From contig JAEOTZ010000044.1 in NCBI GenBank assembly GCA_016839585.1, positions 1 to 43,532 of the forward strand: a stretch of 43,532 nucleotides of DNA. Reading direction: 5' to 3'. The stretch comes from Promethearchaeota archaeon. Its GTDB lineage: Archaea > Asgardarchaeota > Lokiarchaeia > Sigyniarchaeales > SOKP01. Below are positions 8,335 through 17,937 of the stretch, one piece after another. Numbering within the stretch: position 1 is the first letter of the stretch; each line of letters opens with the position of its first letter. The notes beneath the pieces were generated by a model. It was given only the letters and a program-made list of their open reading frames with translations, did not search any database and was not told the DNA's origin. A program made the position numbers and the translations under genes.

Positions 8335-9627
8335 ATGAAAAATCGCTTTATCATTGATAACAGAATAACAAATGAATTTGTTGAAAAATACACAAAAACA
8401 ACATATAGAATCATAGGTAAAAATAAACATTCTTTTATCAAACCTTGTCATTGGTTAGAACAAAGATTAATGACAGGAAGAGATAACAGAAACTGTTATA
8501 AAGGAGTTTTCGGTATAAAAAGTCATAGATGCTTACAAAATACACCTTCTTTACCTTTTTGTAATCATCAATGTGTATTTTGTTGGAGAGATATAGAAAT
8601 TGGCTCTCTCGGAGCAGATTTCGTTGTTGAGCCAGATGATCCAAAATTTCTAGTTGATGAAATGATACGCCACCAGCAGGATATTATAAAAAACCATTTA
8701 CCTTTAAGACGTTATTTAGATAATTATGAGATAATGATTGATATTCTTTATTATATGCTTCTTAATTCAAATGAAAATCACAATATAAGTTCACTTTCAA
8801 ATAAAATTCATGTATCTAAAAATAAAATAGAACGTGCAATCAATTTACTAAAAAATCAAGAATACATTAAATCTAAAGATCAAGAACTTCGATATTTTGA
8901 ACTCGATGATGACTTCAAATGTTGTATAGAATCAAGAGATGAAATTGAATTGTTAATAAATAGAGAACTAACAACTCCAGATGAAATCATGGAAACTCAT
9001 AGTGAAGCAATGTATCCTAACCATGCCGCAATTTCTCTAGATGGAGAGCCATTATTATATCCACGAATTTCCGAATTTGTTCAAGAATTCAAGAAACGAG
9101 ATATAACCACATTTATTGTAACGAATGGTACATTACCAGAAAAGATAGGGAAATTAGATCCATTACCTACGCAATTATACATAACATTACCTTCTCCAAA
9201 TGAAGAAATTTATAAAAAAGTTTGTCGTCCAATGATTAAAAATGGTTGGGAAAAAATTAATGAAAGCTTAAGTTTAATTGAATCATTATCTTGTAGGACA
9301 TTAGTGAGATTAACAGCTGTGAAAAATCTTAATTTAAGAGACCAATATCTTAAAGATTATATTAAAATTATTGAAAAAACAAATCCAAACTTTTTTGAAA
9401 TTAAAGGATTTACTTTACAAGCTAAAGCTTTATTAATAAAAGAGAGATTAAAAAGTGATAAATCCCTTCAATCTTATTTTCCAGAATATGATTATTTGGA
9501 AGAGATTGCCTTAAAATTTGAAGAATTAAGTGGATTCCCTCTAATCTATAAAAACAAAGCAAGTAGAGATTTTCTATTTGCAATAAACTGGGATAAAGAT
9601 AAAGATCCAAAGATAACTAAACCTTAA
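8335..9627 (+). CDS. taw1: 4-demethylwyosine synthase Taw1/TYW1 (radical SAM), with inserted wHTH domain
   Basis: HSFIKPCHW, CYK (catalytic Lys), SHRCLQNTP, CNHQCVFCWR, HAAISLDGEP, FIVTNGT, PTQLYI and FFEIKGF. Confidence 0.93.
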   Translation: MKNRFIIDNRITNEFVEKYTKTTYRIIGKNKHSFIKPCHWLEQRLMTGRDNRNCYKGVFGIKSHRCLQNTPSLPFCNHQCVFCWRDIEIGSLGADFVVEPDDPKFLVDEMIRHQQDIIKNHLPLRRYLDNYEIMIDILYYMLLNSNENHNISSLSNKIHVSKNKIERAINLLKNQEYIKSKDQELRYFELDDDFKCCIESRDEIELLINRELTTPDEIMETHSEAMYPNHAAISLDGEPLLYPRISEFVQEFKKRDITTFIVTNGTLPEKIGKLDPLPTQLYITLPSPNEEIYKKVCRPMIKNGWEKINESLSLIESLSCRTLVRLTAVKNLNLRDQYLKDYIKIIEKTNPNFFEIKGFTLQAKALLIKERLKSDKSLQSYFPEYDYLEEIALKFEELSGFPLIYKNKASRDFLFAINWDKDKDPKITKP

Positions 9628-9668
9628 TCGATGATAGTGAAAAATTTAGGATTTAAAATAAATTAGCT

Positions 9669-10316
9669 CTATTCTTTTTTTTGTTCCCGAGATAAGGACA
9701 TCATTTTTTTTATGACTTTATTATACTGTTCTCTAAAATCTTCAATGCTCTCAACCATTTCCCTAAAATATTCCAACCATTTTATCTCTGCTTCATTGTG
9801 AAGCCTCCAATGTTTTAGAGGAAGTATGTAGAATGGATTTAAATCATAGAGATAAAGAGATTCAACTAGTCTCTCCCCTTCATCAGCATGCTTGAACATA
9901 TTTTTCCTCTCCTTAAGTTGTTTATCTATAGAATCTACTATGATTTGTTTTCCCTTAAAGATACCAAATAGCAAAATAAATGGAGTTGCAGCATCTATAT
10001 CAAAATATAATTCTTTTATTTGATTAAGGAAAAAAGAAATCTGTTCTTGAAATTCCATTTTACCTTTATTTAATAATTTATAGATAATTTGCTCGGGACG
10101 ATTACCTTCTTGCTTAGATCCTACTTCTTTAATGAACCCATCTCTTTCAAGTTGCTTTAATGTATAATAGAAAGATGCTTTCGTAGCCTTAATATAATGA
10201 TCATAACGCCATTCTTTTGCTAAAGAAATGAGTTCATAACCACTCATAGGTTTAGGATTTGTACTCATTACACCCAATATAAATGTTTTTAATGGTGTAT
10301 ATCTTTTTTTTGGCAT
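9669..10316 (-). CDS. PadR-family transcriptional regulator
   Basis: ILGVM..KPMSGYEL...SFYYTLKQLERDGFI...RPEQIIYKLLNKGK, plus the C-terminal EAEIKWLE helix. Confidence 0.9.
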   Translation of the reverse strand: MPKKRYTPLKTFILGVMSTNPKPMSGYELISLAKEWRYDHYIKATKASFYYTLKQLERDGFIKEVGSKQEGNRPEQIIYKLLNKGKMEFQEQISFFLNQIKELYFDIDAATPFILLFGIFKGKQIIVDSIDKQLKERKNMFKHADEGERLVESLYLYDLNPFYILPLKHWRLHNEAEIKWLEYFREMVESIEDFREQYNKVIKKMMSLSREQKKE

Positions 10317-10373
10317 TATTTCTCCTCAGCTCATTATATACATAAAAAAAATTTCATTTTTAATTTTTTTGAA

Positions 10374-10391
10374 ATAGTCAAATTTGAATGG
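10374..10391. promoter_or_regulatory. Putative PadR operator (imperfect palindrome ATAGTCAAATTTGAATGG, core TCAAATTTGA)
   Basis: Perfect 10-bp palindrome at 10378-10387 in the divergent padR/ICMT intergenic region. A more degenerate copy (TATTCAATCTTAATTA) lies at about 10403-10418. Confidence 0.4.
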
Positions 10392-10464
10392 TTAAATTTA
10401 AATATTCAATCTTAATTATATCTAGTGACACCAATTATTTAAAATTTATGGTGATGTTTGAAAA

Positions 10465-11055
10465 ATGTTGAAAAACGATATTATTACTGAAAAAAATAGT
10501 ATTAATAAAACAGATAAAAAAATATCCCAATCAAAATCTTCCTGGAAATATTTGATTCCTTCTATGATCTATAGTTCATTATTGATTGCTCAATTTATTT
10601 TAGTATTTTTCTATTACAATTTTTATCATCTTAATATTCTTACTTGGTTTGGATGGGTTTTCATGGTTTTATTTATGGTGGTTGGATCATTACCAAGGCA
10701 AGCATTCAAGAGATATGGTGAAATTGAAAAAGGAAAAAGTCATGTATACACAACAAGACTAGTGGATAAGGGTATTTATGCCATTATTAGGCATCCATAT
10801 TGGTTATGTTGGATATTTCTCAGCATTTCGGTAACTTTAATGTCGCAACACTGGTTAATGGTGATCTTTGCAGTTCTTATATGTTGGATCGTTTATGGGG
10901 AAACTTATCTTTTAGATAAAGGACTTATAGAAAAATTTGGGGATGAATATAAAGAATACAAAGAAAATGTCCCCAGAATGAGTTTGATATTGGGTCTTAT
11001 CAAGTATGTAAAAAGAAACAAGATAAGAGGTTGTCTGAAAAATGATGAAAAATGA
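10465..11055 (+). CDS. Isoprenylcysteine carboxyl methyltransferase / PEMT-family membrane methyltransferase 1
   Basis: TTRLVDKGIYAIIRHPYW...LIEKFGDEYKEYKENVPR; 4-5 TM segments. Confidence 0.88.
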   Translation: MLKNDIITEKNSINKTDKKISQSKSSWKYLIPSMIYSSLLIAQFILVFFYYNFYHLNILTWFGWVFMVLFMVVGSLPRQAFKRYGEIEKGKSHVYTTRLVDKGIYAIIRHPYWLCWIFLSISVTLMSQHWLMVIFAVLICWIVYGETYLLDKGLIEKFGDEYKEYKENVPRMSLILGLIKYVKRNKIRGCLKNDEK

Positions 11056-11572
11056 AAGAATGATAAATAAAAAGGAAAAAAAATTTAAATTCATGAATAT
11101 AATCTTTACAACAATATTTACGATGGCTTTCTTAACTCAAATAATCCTAATGTTCATATTTTTTAATGAATTGAATTTAATCATTTTAATATATATTGGA
11201 TATATAATTTGGGGATTCAGTCTTTATTTTGGTTTAATTTCTTTTTGGACTTTTAAGAAACGTGGGGGAGTACAAAAGGGAAAGAGTTACATACGTACAA
11301 CAAAGTTAGTGGAAAAAGGTCCATATGCTATAATTCGTCATCCACAATATTTAGGAGGAATATTATTTACTATCAGTATTACATTATGGACTCAATTATG
11401 GGTAAGTTTAATCCTTAGCATCATTATCCTAGTTTTAACCTATCAATGGACGTATGCAGAGGATAAAAATCTTATTGATAAATTTGGTGAAGATTATAAG
11501 AAATATAAAGAAAAAGTACCACGTCTCAATCCTATATTGGGAATAATTAAATATTATATTCAGAGAAAATGA
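11042..11572 (+). CDS. ICMT/PEMT-family membrane methyltransferase 2
   Basis: TTKLVEKGPYAIIRHPQYLG...EDKNLIDKFGEDYKKYKEKVPR. Confidence 0.9.
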   Translation: MMKNERMINKKEKKFKFMNIIFTTIFTMAFLTQIILMFIFFNELNLIILIYIGYIIWGFSLYFGLISFWTFKKRGGVQKGKSYIRTTKLVEKGPYAIIRHPQYLGGILFTISITLWTQLWVSLILSIIILVLTYQWTYAEDKNLIDKFGEDYKKYKEKVPRLNPILGIIKYYIQRK

Positions 11573-11573
11573 G

Positions 11574-12110
11574 GTGAATACCATGTTAACAGATTTTATA
11601 CCTTTAATAATATGGATTGCAATAATGATATATTGCAGTTATTGGGTCGTATCTGTGCTAAAAATGAAAACTAAGTATGAGATTTCAGAGGCTTTAGCTT
11701 TGGCTTCTTATTTTACTGCAGCACTTCTGGGACAATACTTTGAACCATTTTATCATAATTTATACTTAACTATAACTGGAGTTGTCCTAATCTTTATAGG
11801 TATTTTTATTTTTATCAGTCAAGTGATAATTATGAAAAAATTCGGGCAAGGAGAGCACTGGGAAGATACTAAGATCATAATCGAGAAAGGATGGTTTAAA
11901 TATATGCGACATCCCATGTACTTCGGACTTGCAATTGCAAACATTGGCGTTATAATATGGATTCCTTCTTTTTTCTCAATAATATTTGCCCTGATGTCTT
12001 TCATATTATGCTTAATAAGCTCGATTTGGGAAGATAAAGTAAATATAGACAAGTTTGGAGATGCTTACAGGGAATACATGAAAAATGTGAAGCTCTGGGG
12101 AATCTTTTAA
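11574..12110 (+). CDS. ICMT/PEMT-family membrane methyltransferase 3
   Basis: IIEKGWFKYMRHPMYFG...EDKVNIDKFGDAYREYMKNV. The start could be GTG 11574 or ATG 11583. Confidence 0.88.
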   Translation: MNTMLTDFIPLIIWIAIMIYCSYWVVSVLKMKTKYEISEALALASYFTAALLGQYFEPFYHNLYLTITGVVLIFIGIFIFISQVIIMKKFGQGEHWEDTKIIIEKGWFKYMRHPMYFGLAIANIGVIIWIPSFFSIIFALMSFILCLISSIWEDKVNIDKFGDAYREYMKNVKLWGIF

Positions 12111-12742
12111 AACATTTCTTTTAAAAATTTTTGAATTATTTTTTTTAATTTTTCTATATTTATCTTTTTTAAAGCTGAAAATTCTAGATATGGAATTTCT
12201 GCTTTATTATGGAATTCATGGTCATCTAAATGAACCAAATTTAATTCATATATTTCTGCTGATTTAATGAATGTTTTGATGCTTTTAGTTTTATCAAGAT
12301 TAGATACTTTGTCGATTTTATTAAAAATCACTATAATTGGAATATCAAATTCTCTCAGAAATTTTATCAATTCAAAACTTAAAGGTATAGTTTCTTGATT
12401 ATGAATAAAATACTTTTCAATTTCGTCTTTAATTCTTAAAATATTAATAACTACCAAGCCGAAAAAATAATCTTGATGATGCTTCTCAATATGTATAACA
12501 ATTTGCTTCTTAATATGCTCTTCTCGTCTATGACTAGCCCGTCTAATATATCCAAAACCAGGAAGGTCTATTATTTTATAAGGCAAATCAATTTGGGTAA
12601 TAGGTTTTATTAATAATGTACTTCCAGGATGCTTGCCTATCTTACCCTTAAATTTTCGTGGATTTGGGAGTAAAAGTCTTGTTATTGAACTTTTTCCTAC
12701 ATTAGAATTTCCAATAATTAATAACGAAGGTTTTTCATTCAT
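12107..12742 (-). CDS. engB: EngB/YihA (YsxC)-family GTP-binding protein
   Basis: G1 GNSNVGKSS, G2 PGST, G3 DLPGFG, G4 NKID, G5 FSAL. Confidence 0.88.
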   Translation of the reverse strand: MNEKPSLLIIGNSNVGKSSITRLLLPNPRKFKGKIGKHPGSTLLIKPITQIDLPYKIIDLPGFGYIRRASHRREEHIKKQIVIHIEKHHQDYFFGLVVINILRIKDEIEKYFIHNQETIPLSFELIKFLREFDIPIIVIFNKIDKVSNLDKTKSIKTFIKSAEIYELNLVHLDDHEFHNKAEIPYLEFSALKKINIEKLKKIIQKFLKEMF

Positions 12743-12760
12743 AATTTACATAAAATCCTA

Positions 12761-13633
12761 CTAAAAATCGAGAAAATCATCTTTAAGAAATTCTTTAAAC
12801 ATTTTTTTCTTTTCTTCCTCTTTAATAACGGGCCTAGTACTTATTGGTTCACCAGCTTCTTCTACCAATTGCGTTAATTCTTTTATATTTACATTAACTT
12901 TAAATTTACCATCTCTTAGAAAACGTATTACTTGTTTATTATTTAATGATAATCTTAAAAGATAACCTAAACCAAAATAAAATTGATGTTCCGGGATGGG
13001 ATCAATTGGAGATCTACTTGTTATTTCTTTTAATACATCATAAAGTAATTCTTTTGAAGCAATATGATCCTCTACATTAAAAACTAAATAATATAACGCA
13101 TGATACCAAATCTTTTCTCGTTTTTCTTTAAGATAGGCAAGAAGTTTTTCGGGGGTTATAATTTCCACTTTTTCTAATTCTTTTTTTTTTGCTAATTCTT
13201 CCTTAATTCTTTGCTCTAATTCACTGGGGATTGTTTGAGGTTTAAATTCTGTATCTTCTTCGGATGAAACCAGTTCCTCCTGCTTGACACTGTCTATAGC
13301 TTCTTTCATCTCTCTTAATTCATCCATATCAATTTCATCCATATCAGAAAAATCTGACAGCATAGCTTCTTTGTATTCTTTTTCTTGTTCTAATTCCGAA
13401 ACAATTTCAGAGTTTTTAACTCCTTCAGAGATTTGTTCATTAGCTAATTCTTCGCTTTCCTTAACTTTTTCAATAGCATCTTGCATTTCTTGAAGTTCTT
13501 CAAAGTCTAATTCATCTAGATCTGAAAAATCAGATTCAAGTGCTTTCATTTCACTAAGATAAGCTTGTAAATCATCTCCTTTTTCCTCTTTCTCATTTAT
13601 ATCTTCTTGTCTCTCTTCTTGATTTTCATTCAT
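12761..13633 (-). CDS. Hypothetical protein: acidic N-terminal tandem repeat plus probable C-terminal winged-helix-like domain
   Basis: 290 aa; two SDFSDxDExDxxELxEMxxAIxxVK units. Confidence 0.8.
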   Translation of the reverse strand: MNENQEERQEDINEKEEKGDDLQAYLSEMKALESDFSDLDELDFEELQEMQDAIEKVKESEELANEQISEGVKNSEIVSELEQEKEYKEAMLSDFSDMDEIDMDELREMKEAIDSVKQEELVSSEEDTEFKPQTIPSELEQRIKEELAKKKELEKVEIITPEKLLAYLKEKREKIWYHALYYLVFNVEDHIASKELLYDVLKEITSRSPIDPIPEHQFYFGLGYLLRLSLNNKQVIRFLRDGKFKVNVNIKELTQLVEEAGEPISTRPVIKEEEKKKMFKEFLKDDFLDF

Positions 13634-13835
13634 ATTTTCTTTTGTTTAGATAGTAGGCATTTTATTCAATTTTTTCTATATTAATATTAGTTCTTTAGTT
13701 CTTTAAATATTAATATTCGTATAATTAAAATTAGAAAATGTTAACTTTATTATGAAAAAACAAAAGTAAATCAGGGGGGAATAAGAAAAGACTTAAAGAT
13801 CGTAAAATTAAAAAATCATGCTAACTATTTAGAAG

Positions 13836-14558
13836 ATGGTGAAATTAAAATTGATTTCTTATTCTGGTTTGCTTGATGGATTATCAGCAACAGGCGTTAT
13901 TATATCTTCCTGTGTTTTTGGATTACTATTTTTTCACAAATCATTAAAATTAAAGGCAAAGTTACTTACTTTTGCAGGTATAATGACATTTTTAGCAGGT
14001 CTTTTTTATTTAGGTCCTTTTTCTGACTTTATGTCGGTTATATTGACTGGAGATAATTTGGAAAACCCTGTAACAATTGGTATATATGGAAGATTAAGCT
14101 ATATGTGGGTTGCTCCAAGTCTTATATGTGCTATGTATATTGGGTCAGAACTCATTAAACCTGATAAAAAATGGTTTATTGTATCAATCTATATTATTTT
14201 GGGGGTAATTTTTGAATTTTTTCTATTTTTTAATACGATGCATTCTTTTACTTTTATATTAAAAAATCCTGGAGAAGACTTAATTGATGCTAGTTTTGTT
14301 TTAGGACATCCCACATTCATACTTATTGCTATTTTTTTACTTTCCATTCTAATCTTTAATGGATTTGGGTTTTTATATAAGAGTTTTCAATCAACAGGAA
14401 TATTAAGACGAAAATTTTTATTTTTATCATTAGGATTCTTAATTTTTGTAATAGGTGGAGCAGGTGATTCATTAATTAGTCCAGGGGTAACTTTGGTTTT
14501 TATAAGAATCTTAATGGTTATTAGCTCATGGGTTTTGTATTTAGGCTTTAAGAAATAA
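13836..14558 (+). CDS. Stand-alone 7-transmembrane protein (resembles sensor-kinase N-terminal 7TM modules)
   Basis: Seven hydrophobic segments counted by eye, no soluble output domain, no retinal-binding Lys in TM7. Confidence 0.7.
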   Translation: MVKLKLISYSGLLDGLSATGVIISSCVFGLLFFHKSLKLKAKLLTFAGIMTFLAGLFYLGPFSDFMSVILTGDNLENPVTIGIYGRLSYMWVAPSLICAMYIGSELIKPDKKWFIVSIYIILGVIFEFFLFFNTMHSFTFILKNPGEDLIDASFVLGHPTFILIAIFLLSILIFNGFGFLYKSFQSTGILRRKFLFLSLGFLIFVIGGAGDSLISPGVTLVFIRILMVISSWVLYLGFKK

Positions 14559-14768
14559 ACAATTGTAAGAAATTAATAAAAAAAGTAAAGATCTTAAGTA
14601 AATCTCTTTTAAATCATCTTAAGTTCTTATTTTAATATATTTCAAATCGTGTGACTTAAAGTTCTAAGCTAATAAAGCAGCTATTTTATAGAATTTTAAA
14701 AAAATCTTTTTTAACGTTTTCAAATTTTAGTATAGTTAAAATTACTCTAAACATTAATCCACTTTAAG

Positions 14769-15476
14769 ATGGATAAAATAAATTTGGAAAACTATAAAGG
14801 AATCATTTTCGATTTAGATGGAATCATCTACGACATTACAGATGCGATCACTAAAGCTGTCGATGATGGAATAGAGAAGTATCAATTAAAAGTTAACCGT
14901 GATGCTGTTATGGAAGAAATTGCTCATTTAATCGAAGAAATTCAAAATTATCCCGTTCCTAAAATACTATTAAATTCCTATGAATTACTTAAAATAAATT
15001 CTTTAGAAGGCCTTAGTTTCTTCAAAAAATTACGGATAGCTATTTTTTTATTTAATCAATTTAATAAATATAGAGAAGAAGCTACTATCTTCGATGGTAT
15101 AGATGATTTAATCTCAAAACTATCAAAAAGTTTAAAATTAGCTATCTTAACCAATAATAAAAGTCAATATGCCGAAGAAGTATTAGAGAAATTTAATTTA
15201 ACTAGATATTTTGGAACTATAATTGGATTTAATGAAGTGACAGAAGTTAAACCAAGTCCTGAAGGCATTCTAAAGATTCTTGAAAAATGGAAGATTAAAC
15301 CCTCAGAAGCTATTTTCATAGGGGATATGACAACTGATATTGAAGCAGGCAAAACGGCTAATGTTAAAATGGTATGTGTAGCTAGTGGATTAGCTCAAAA
15401 AGAGACTTTAAAGGAGCATAATCCGGACTTCCTTGTTGATGATACAGCTGAACTAAAACAGCTTTTTAATTTATAA
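14769..15476 (+). CDS. HAD-superfamily hydrolase (phosphoglycolate phosphatase-like)
   Basis: FDLDG, ILTN, KPSPEG and FIGDMTTDIEAG. Confidence 0.92.
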   Translation: MDKINLENYKGIIFDLDGIIYDITDAITKAVDDGIEKYQLKVNRDAVMEEIAHLIEEIQNYPVPKILLNSYELLKINSLEGLSFFKKLRIAIFLFNQFNKYREEATIFDGIDDLISKLSKSLKLAILTNNKSQYAEEVLEKFNLTRYFGTIIGFNEVTEVKPSPEGILKILEKWKIKPSEAIFIGDMTTDIEAGKTANVKMVCVASGLAQKETLKEHNPDFLVDDTAELKQLFNL

Positions 15477-15525
15477 TTTTTAAAGATAATCTCTAAAATA
15501 GTAGGAGTAGAATTTTTAAAAAATT

Positions 15526-17778
15526 TTAAGTTCTTTTATAAATAAATCTCTCCCAACTTCTAGTACTTGGCATCTCTAATGGCATATTTTTCCTTTTGCG
15601 AATTTCTAAGATTACATCTTCTTCTAAAGAAGGAGGTACTTTCTCAAAGCCTTTAAATTCATATCCGAAAAAAGCCCTTCCCTGCGTAGAACTGCGAATT
15701 TCATCTGCTATGCCAATTATTTCTGCGGCAGGTATTTGCCCTTGAATTCTTACATATTCCCCTTCAGGGATGACATTGTTTATGCGACCTCGGTGCCTAT
15801 TAATTATTGTATTTACTCCGCCTTCAGATCCTTGAGGTGTTTTTACATCTATTCTCTGTATAGGCTCATAAAGATGAGGTTCAGCATTAAGCATAGCTAA
15901 TGAAAGAGCAGAATAGCTCATGCTTGCGGTCTGAGCAAACTGAGTATGGCGCGGATCTTCATGAATTGTTAAGTCTATAAACACTGCTCTAATTCCCATA
16001 GCAGGTTCTTTAGCAATTATACACTCTTCAATCCAATTTCTAAATGAACTAACTAAATCATTTTTAATTCTATCAAATCGCTGTATTCCAGAAGTTCCAT
16101 TTACTAAAATATTTCCTTTATAAACATCAACAATACGTCTAGCTTCTTTTGTATCCCATCCTGCCTCTTCTCTTAAAATTTGTGCACGCTCTTTTTCATT
16201 CTGTAAATCAGTAATTCTACCTTCATCAATTAATTCTTCAGTTTTTTCATCTAAAGGTTCTACATATAACAGAAGACGATTATGAGCATTTGAAGACTTA
16301 GTATGAAATTGTTTACTTTTTGCATTGATTTTTTCTCGGTATACTATAATAGGTTCTCCTATATCAATTTTTACCTGGTTATTTATTCTTTTAACTAGAA
16401 TCTCGATTTGGAGTGGATCTATACCAGAAAGTATATATTCTTTACTCTCCTTATCAAGTCGGAATTCCGCAGTGGGATCCGCTTGTAACCACTTCCCAAC
16501 AACGTCCCCTAATTTGCCAAGGTCATGTGGATCTTGGGGTTTAATACTTCTTGATACAACAGCTTTACAAGCATAATGGATTTTTTCAAAAGTAGGGATC
16601 TTAGCAATTTCTTCTTTATCTTTTGGGACCATTTCATTATGTATAAAAGTCTCTCCAGAAGGACAGATGAATCCATATAATGCAAAAAGGTTTCCCGCCG
16701 GTATCTTAGGTATGTCCAAAAGATCCGTTATCTCCATAACACCTAATCTTTTTACTCGATTTGAGGTTCGACTTCCAAGTAGATAGATTGAGTCAGTCTG
16801 ATTAAAAGTTCCGGAGAAAACTCTCCCAATCAAAGTTGCTGCATATTGACGTCTTGGGTCCAAAAATATTTTTGTAATCATCCCATATAAAGGTCCGCTA
16901 GAATCACATTTTTGCAGTGATTGACCCAGTTCTGAGTTCAAATCTCCTCCCCAGAGATGAGGAATTCTATATTTAGATGCACTAACAGGATCAGGTAGAT
17001 GATCAACAATCATTCTTAACATTGGTTCATCTAATGGTAGATTATCTCTTAACCATTCTATGTCTCCCTCGTTGTATTTAACAAAAACATCCTGAGGTTT
17101 AAGGTTTTTTTCTAGTAAGATCTCATATGTAAAACCCCACCCATGTTTGGCTGAACCTACTGCTACAGAATTCTTCGCAAAATCTACTCCCCAATTTGAA
17201 CCTTCAGGTCTCACTTTCTTAATTAACTCATTGACTTCTTTTGTAATTTTATCAATTCTTTCGAAAGTGTCCTTTGGACTAAGTCTTAGTTCACTAATTA
17301 ATCTATCAACTTTATTTATAAAAAGGACTGGTTTACAGTATTCTTCGCCTACTGCGAGTCTAATATTAGTTTCGGTTTGCGTCATAACACCCTCAAGGGC
17401 ATCAACTAGAATTATAGCACCATCTGAGCCTCTGAGAGCTCTTGAAACTTCTCCTGTAAAAGAAATATGCCCTGGTGTATCATTCAATTGAAAAATGTAG
17501 GGTTCATTATCGTCCGGCTTTCTAAGGTCTTGAAATGCAAGTAAAACTACACTTGTGAAGATGGTAATCCCTCTTTCTTGTTCTTCATCATCTGAATCGG
17601 TCATTTGGAGCTGACCAGCATCCTCTTCCCTCATGAGTCCAGCTCGACGCAACAGATAATCTGTAGCTGTAGTTTTACCATGATCTATATGTGCTGTTAT
17701 TGAGAAAATTCTTTTTTTCTGATATGATCCAGAAGTAACCAGTCTAGCGATTTCTTCAGGATTCTTAACTTTTACCAT
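15526..17778 (-). CDS. fusA: Translation elongation factor EF-2 family, probably the aEF-2p paralog
   Basis: AHIDHGKTT, ERGITI, DTPGH, NKVD. The domain IV tip reads HEDPRHTQFAQ instead of HEDxxHRGxxQ. Not adjacent to rpsL/rpsG. Confidence 0.92.
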   Translation of the reverse strand: MVKVKNPEEIARLVTSGSYQKKRIFSITAHIDHGKTTATDYLLRRAGLMREEDAGQLQMTDSDDEEQERGITIFTSVVLLAFQDLRKPDDNEPYIFQLNDTPGHISFTGEVSRALRGSDGAIILVDALEGVMTQTETNIRLAVGEEYCKPVLFINKVDRLISELRLSPKDTFERIDKITKEVNELIKKVRPEGSNWGVDFAKNSVAVGSAKHGWGFTYEILLEKNLKPQDVFVKYNEGDIEWLRDNLPLDEPMLRMIVDHLPDPVSASKYRIPHLWGGDLNSELGQSLQKCDSSGPLYGMITKIFLDPRRQYAATLIGRVFSGTFNQTDSIYLLGSRTSNRVKRLGVMEITDLLDIPKIPAGNLFALYGFICPSGETFIHNEMVPKDKEEIAKIPTFEKIHYACKAVVSRSIKPQDPHDLGKLGDVVGKWLQADPTAEFRLDKESKEYILSGIDPLQIEILVKRINNQVKIDIGEPIIVYREKINAKSKQFHTKSSNAHNRLLLYVEPLDEKTEELIDEGRITDLQNEKERAQILREEAGWDTKEARRIVDVYKGNILVNGTSGIQRFDRIKNDLVSSFRNWIEECIIAKEPAMGIRAVFIDLTIHEDPRHTQFAQTASMSYSALSLAMLNAEPHLYEPIQRIDVKTPQGSEGGVNTIINRHRGRINNVIPEGEYVRIQGQIPAAEIIGIADEIRSSTQGRAFFGYEFKGFEKVPPSLEEDVILEIRKRKNMPLEMPSTRSWERFIYKRT

Positions 17779-17937
17779 TGATAATTCACTTCATCTTATA
17801 TTATATTCATAATCATGTTATAATTGTAGAAAAAAATATGTTAAATCATAAAAATTTTATGAATATAGGCTATAAACTGGATCTACAAAAAAAATGAGTG
17901 AAATTTTAATAAAGCCAAATAGCAATTAAAAATAATC

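Noticed and set aside
8700-8975. Taw1 insertion considered as a mini-intein
   Set aside because: No N-terminal Cys/Ser block A and no C-terminal His-Asn + Cys/Ser/Thr. The pattern fits a wHTH instead.
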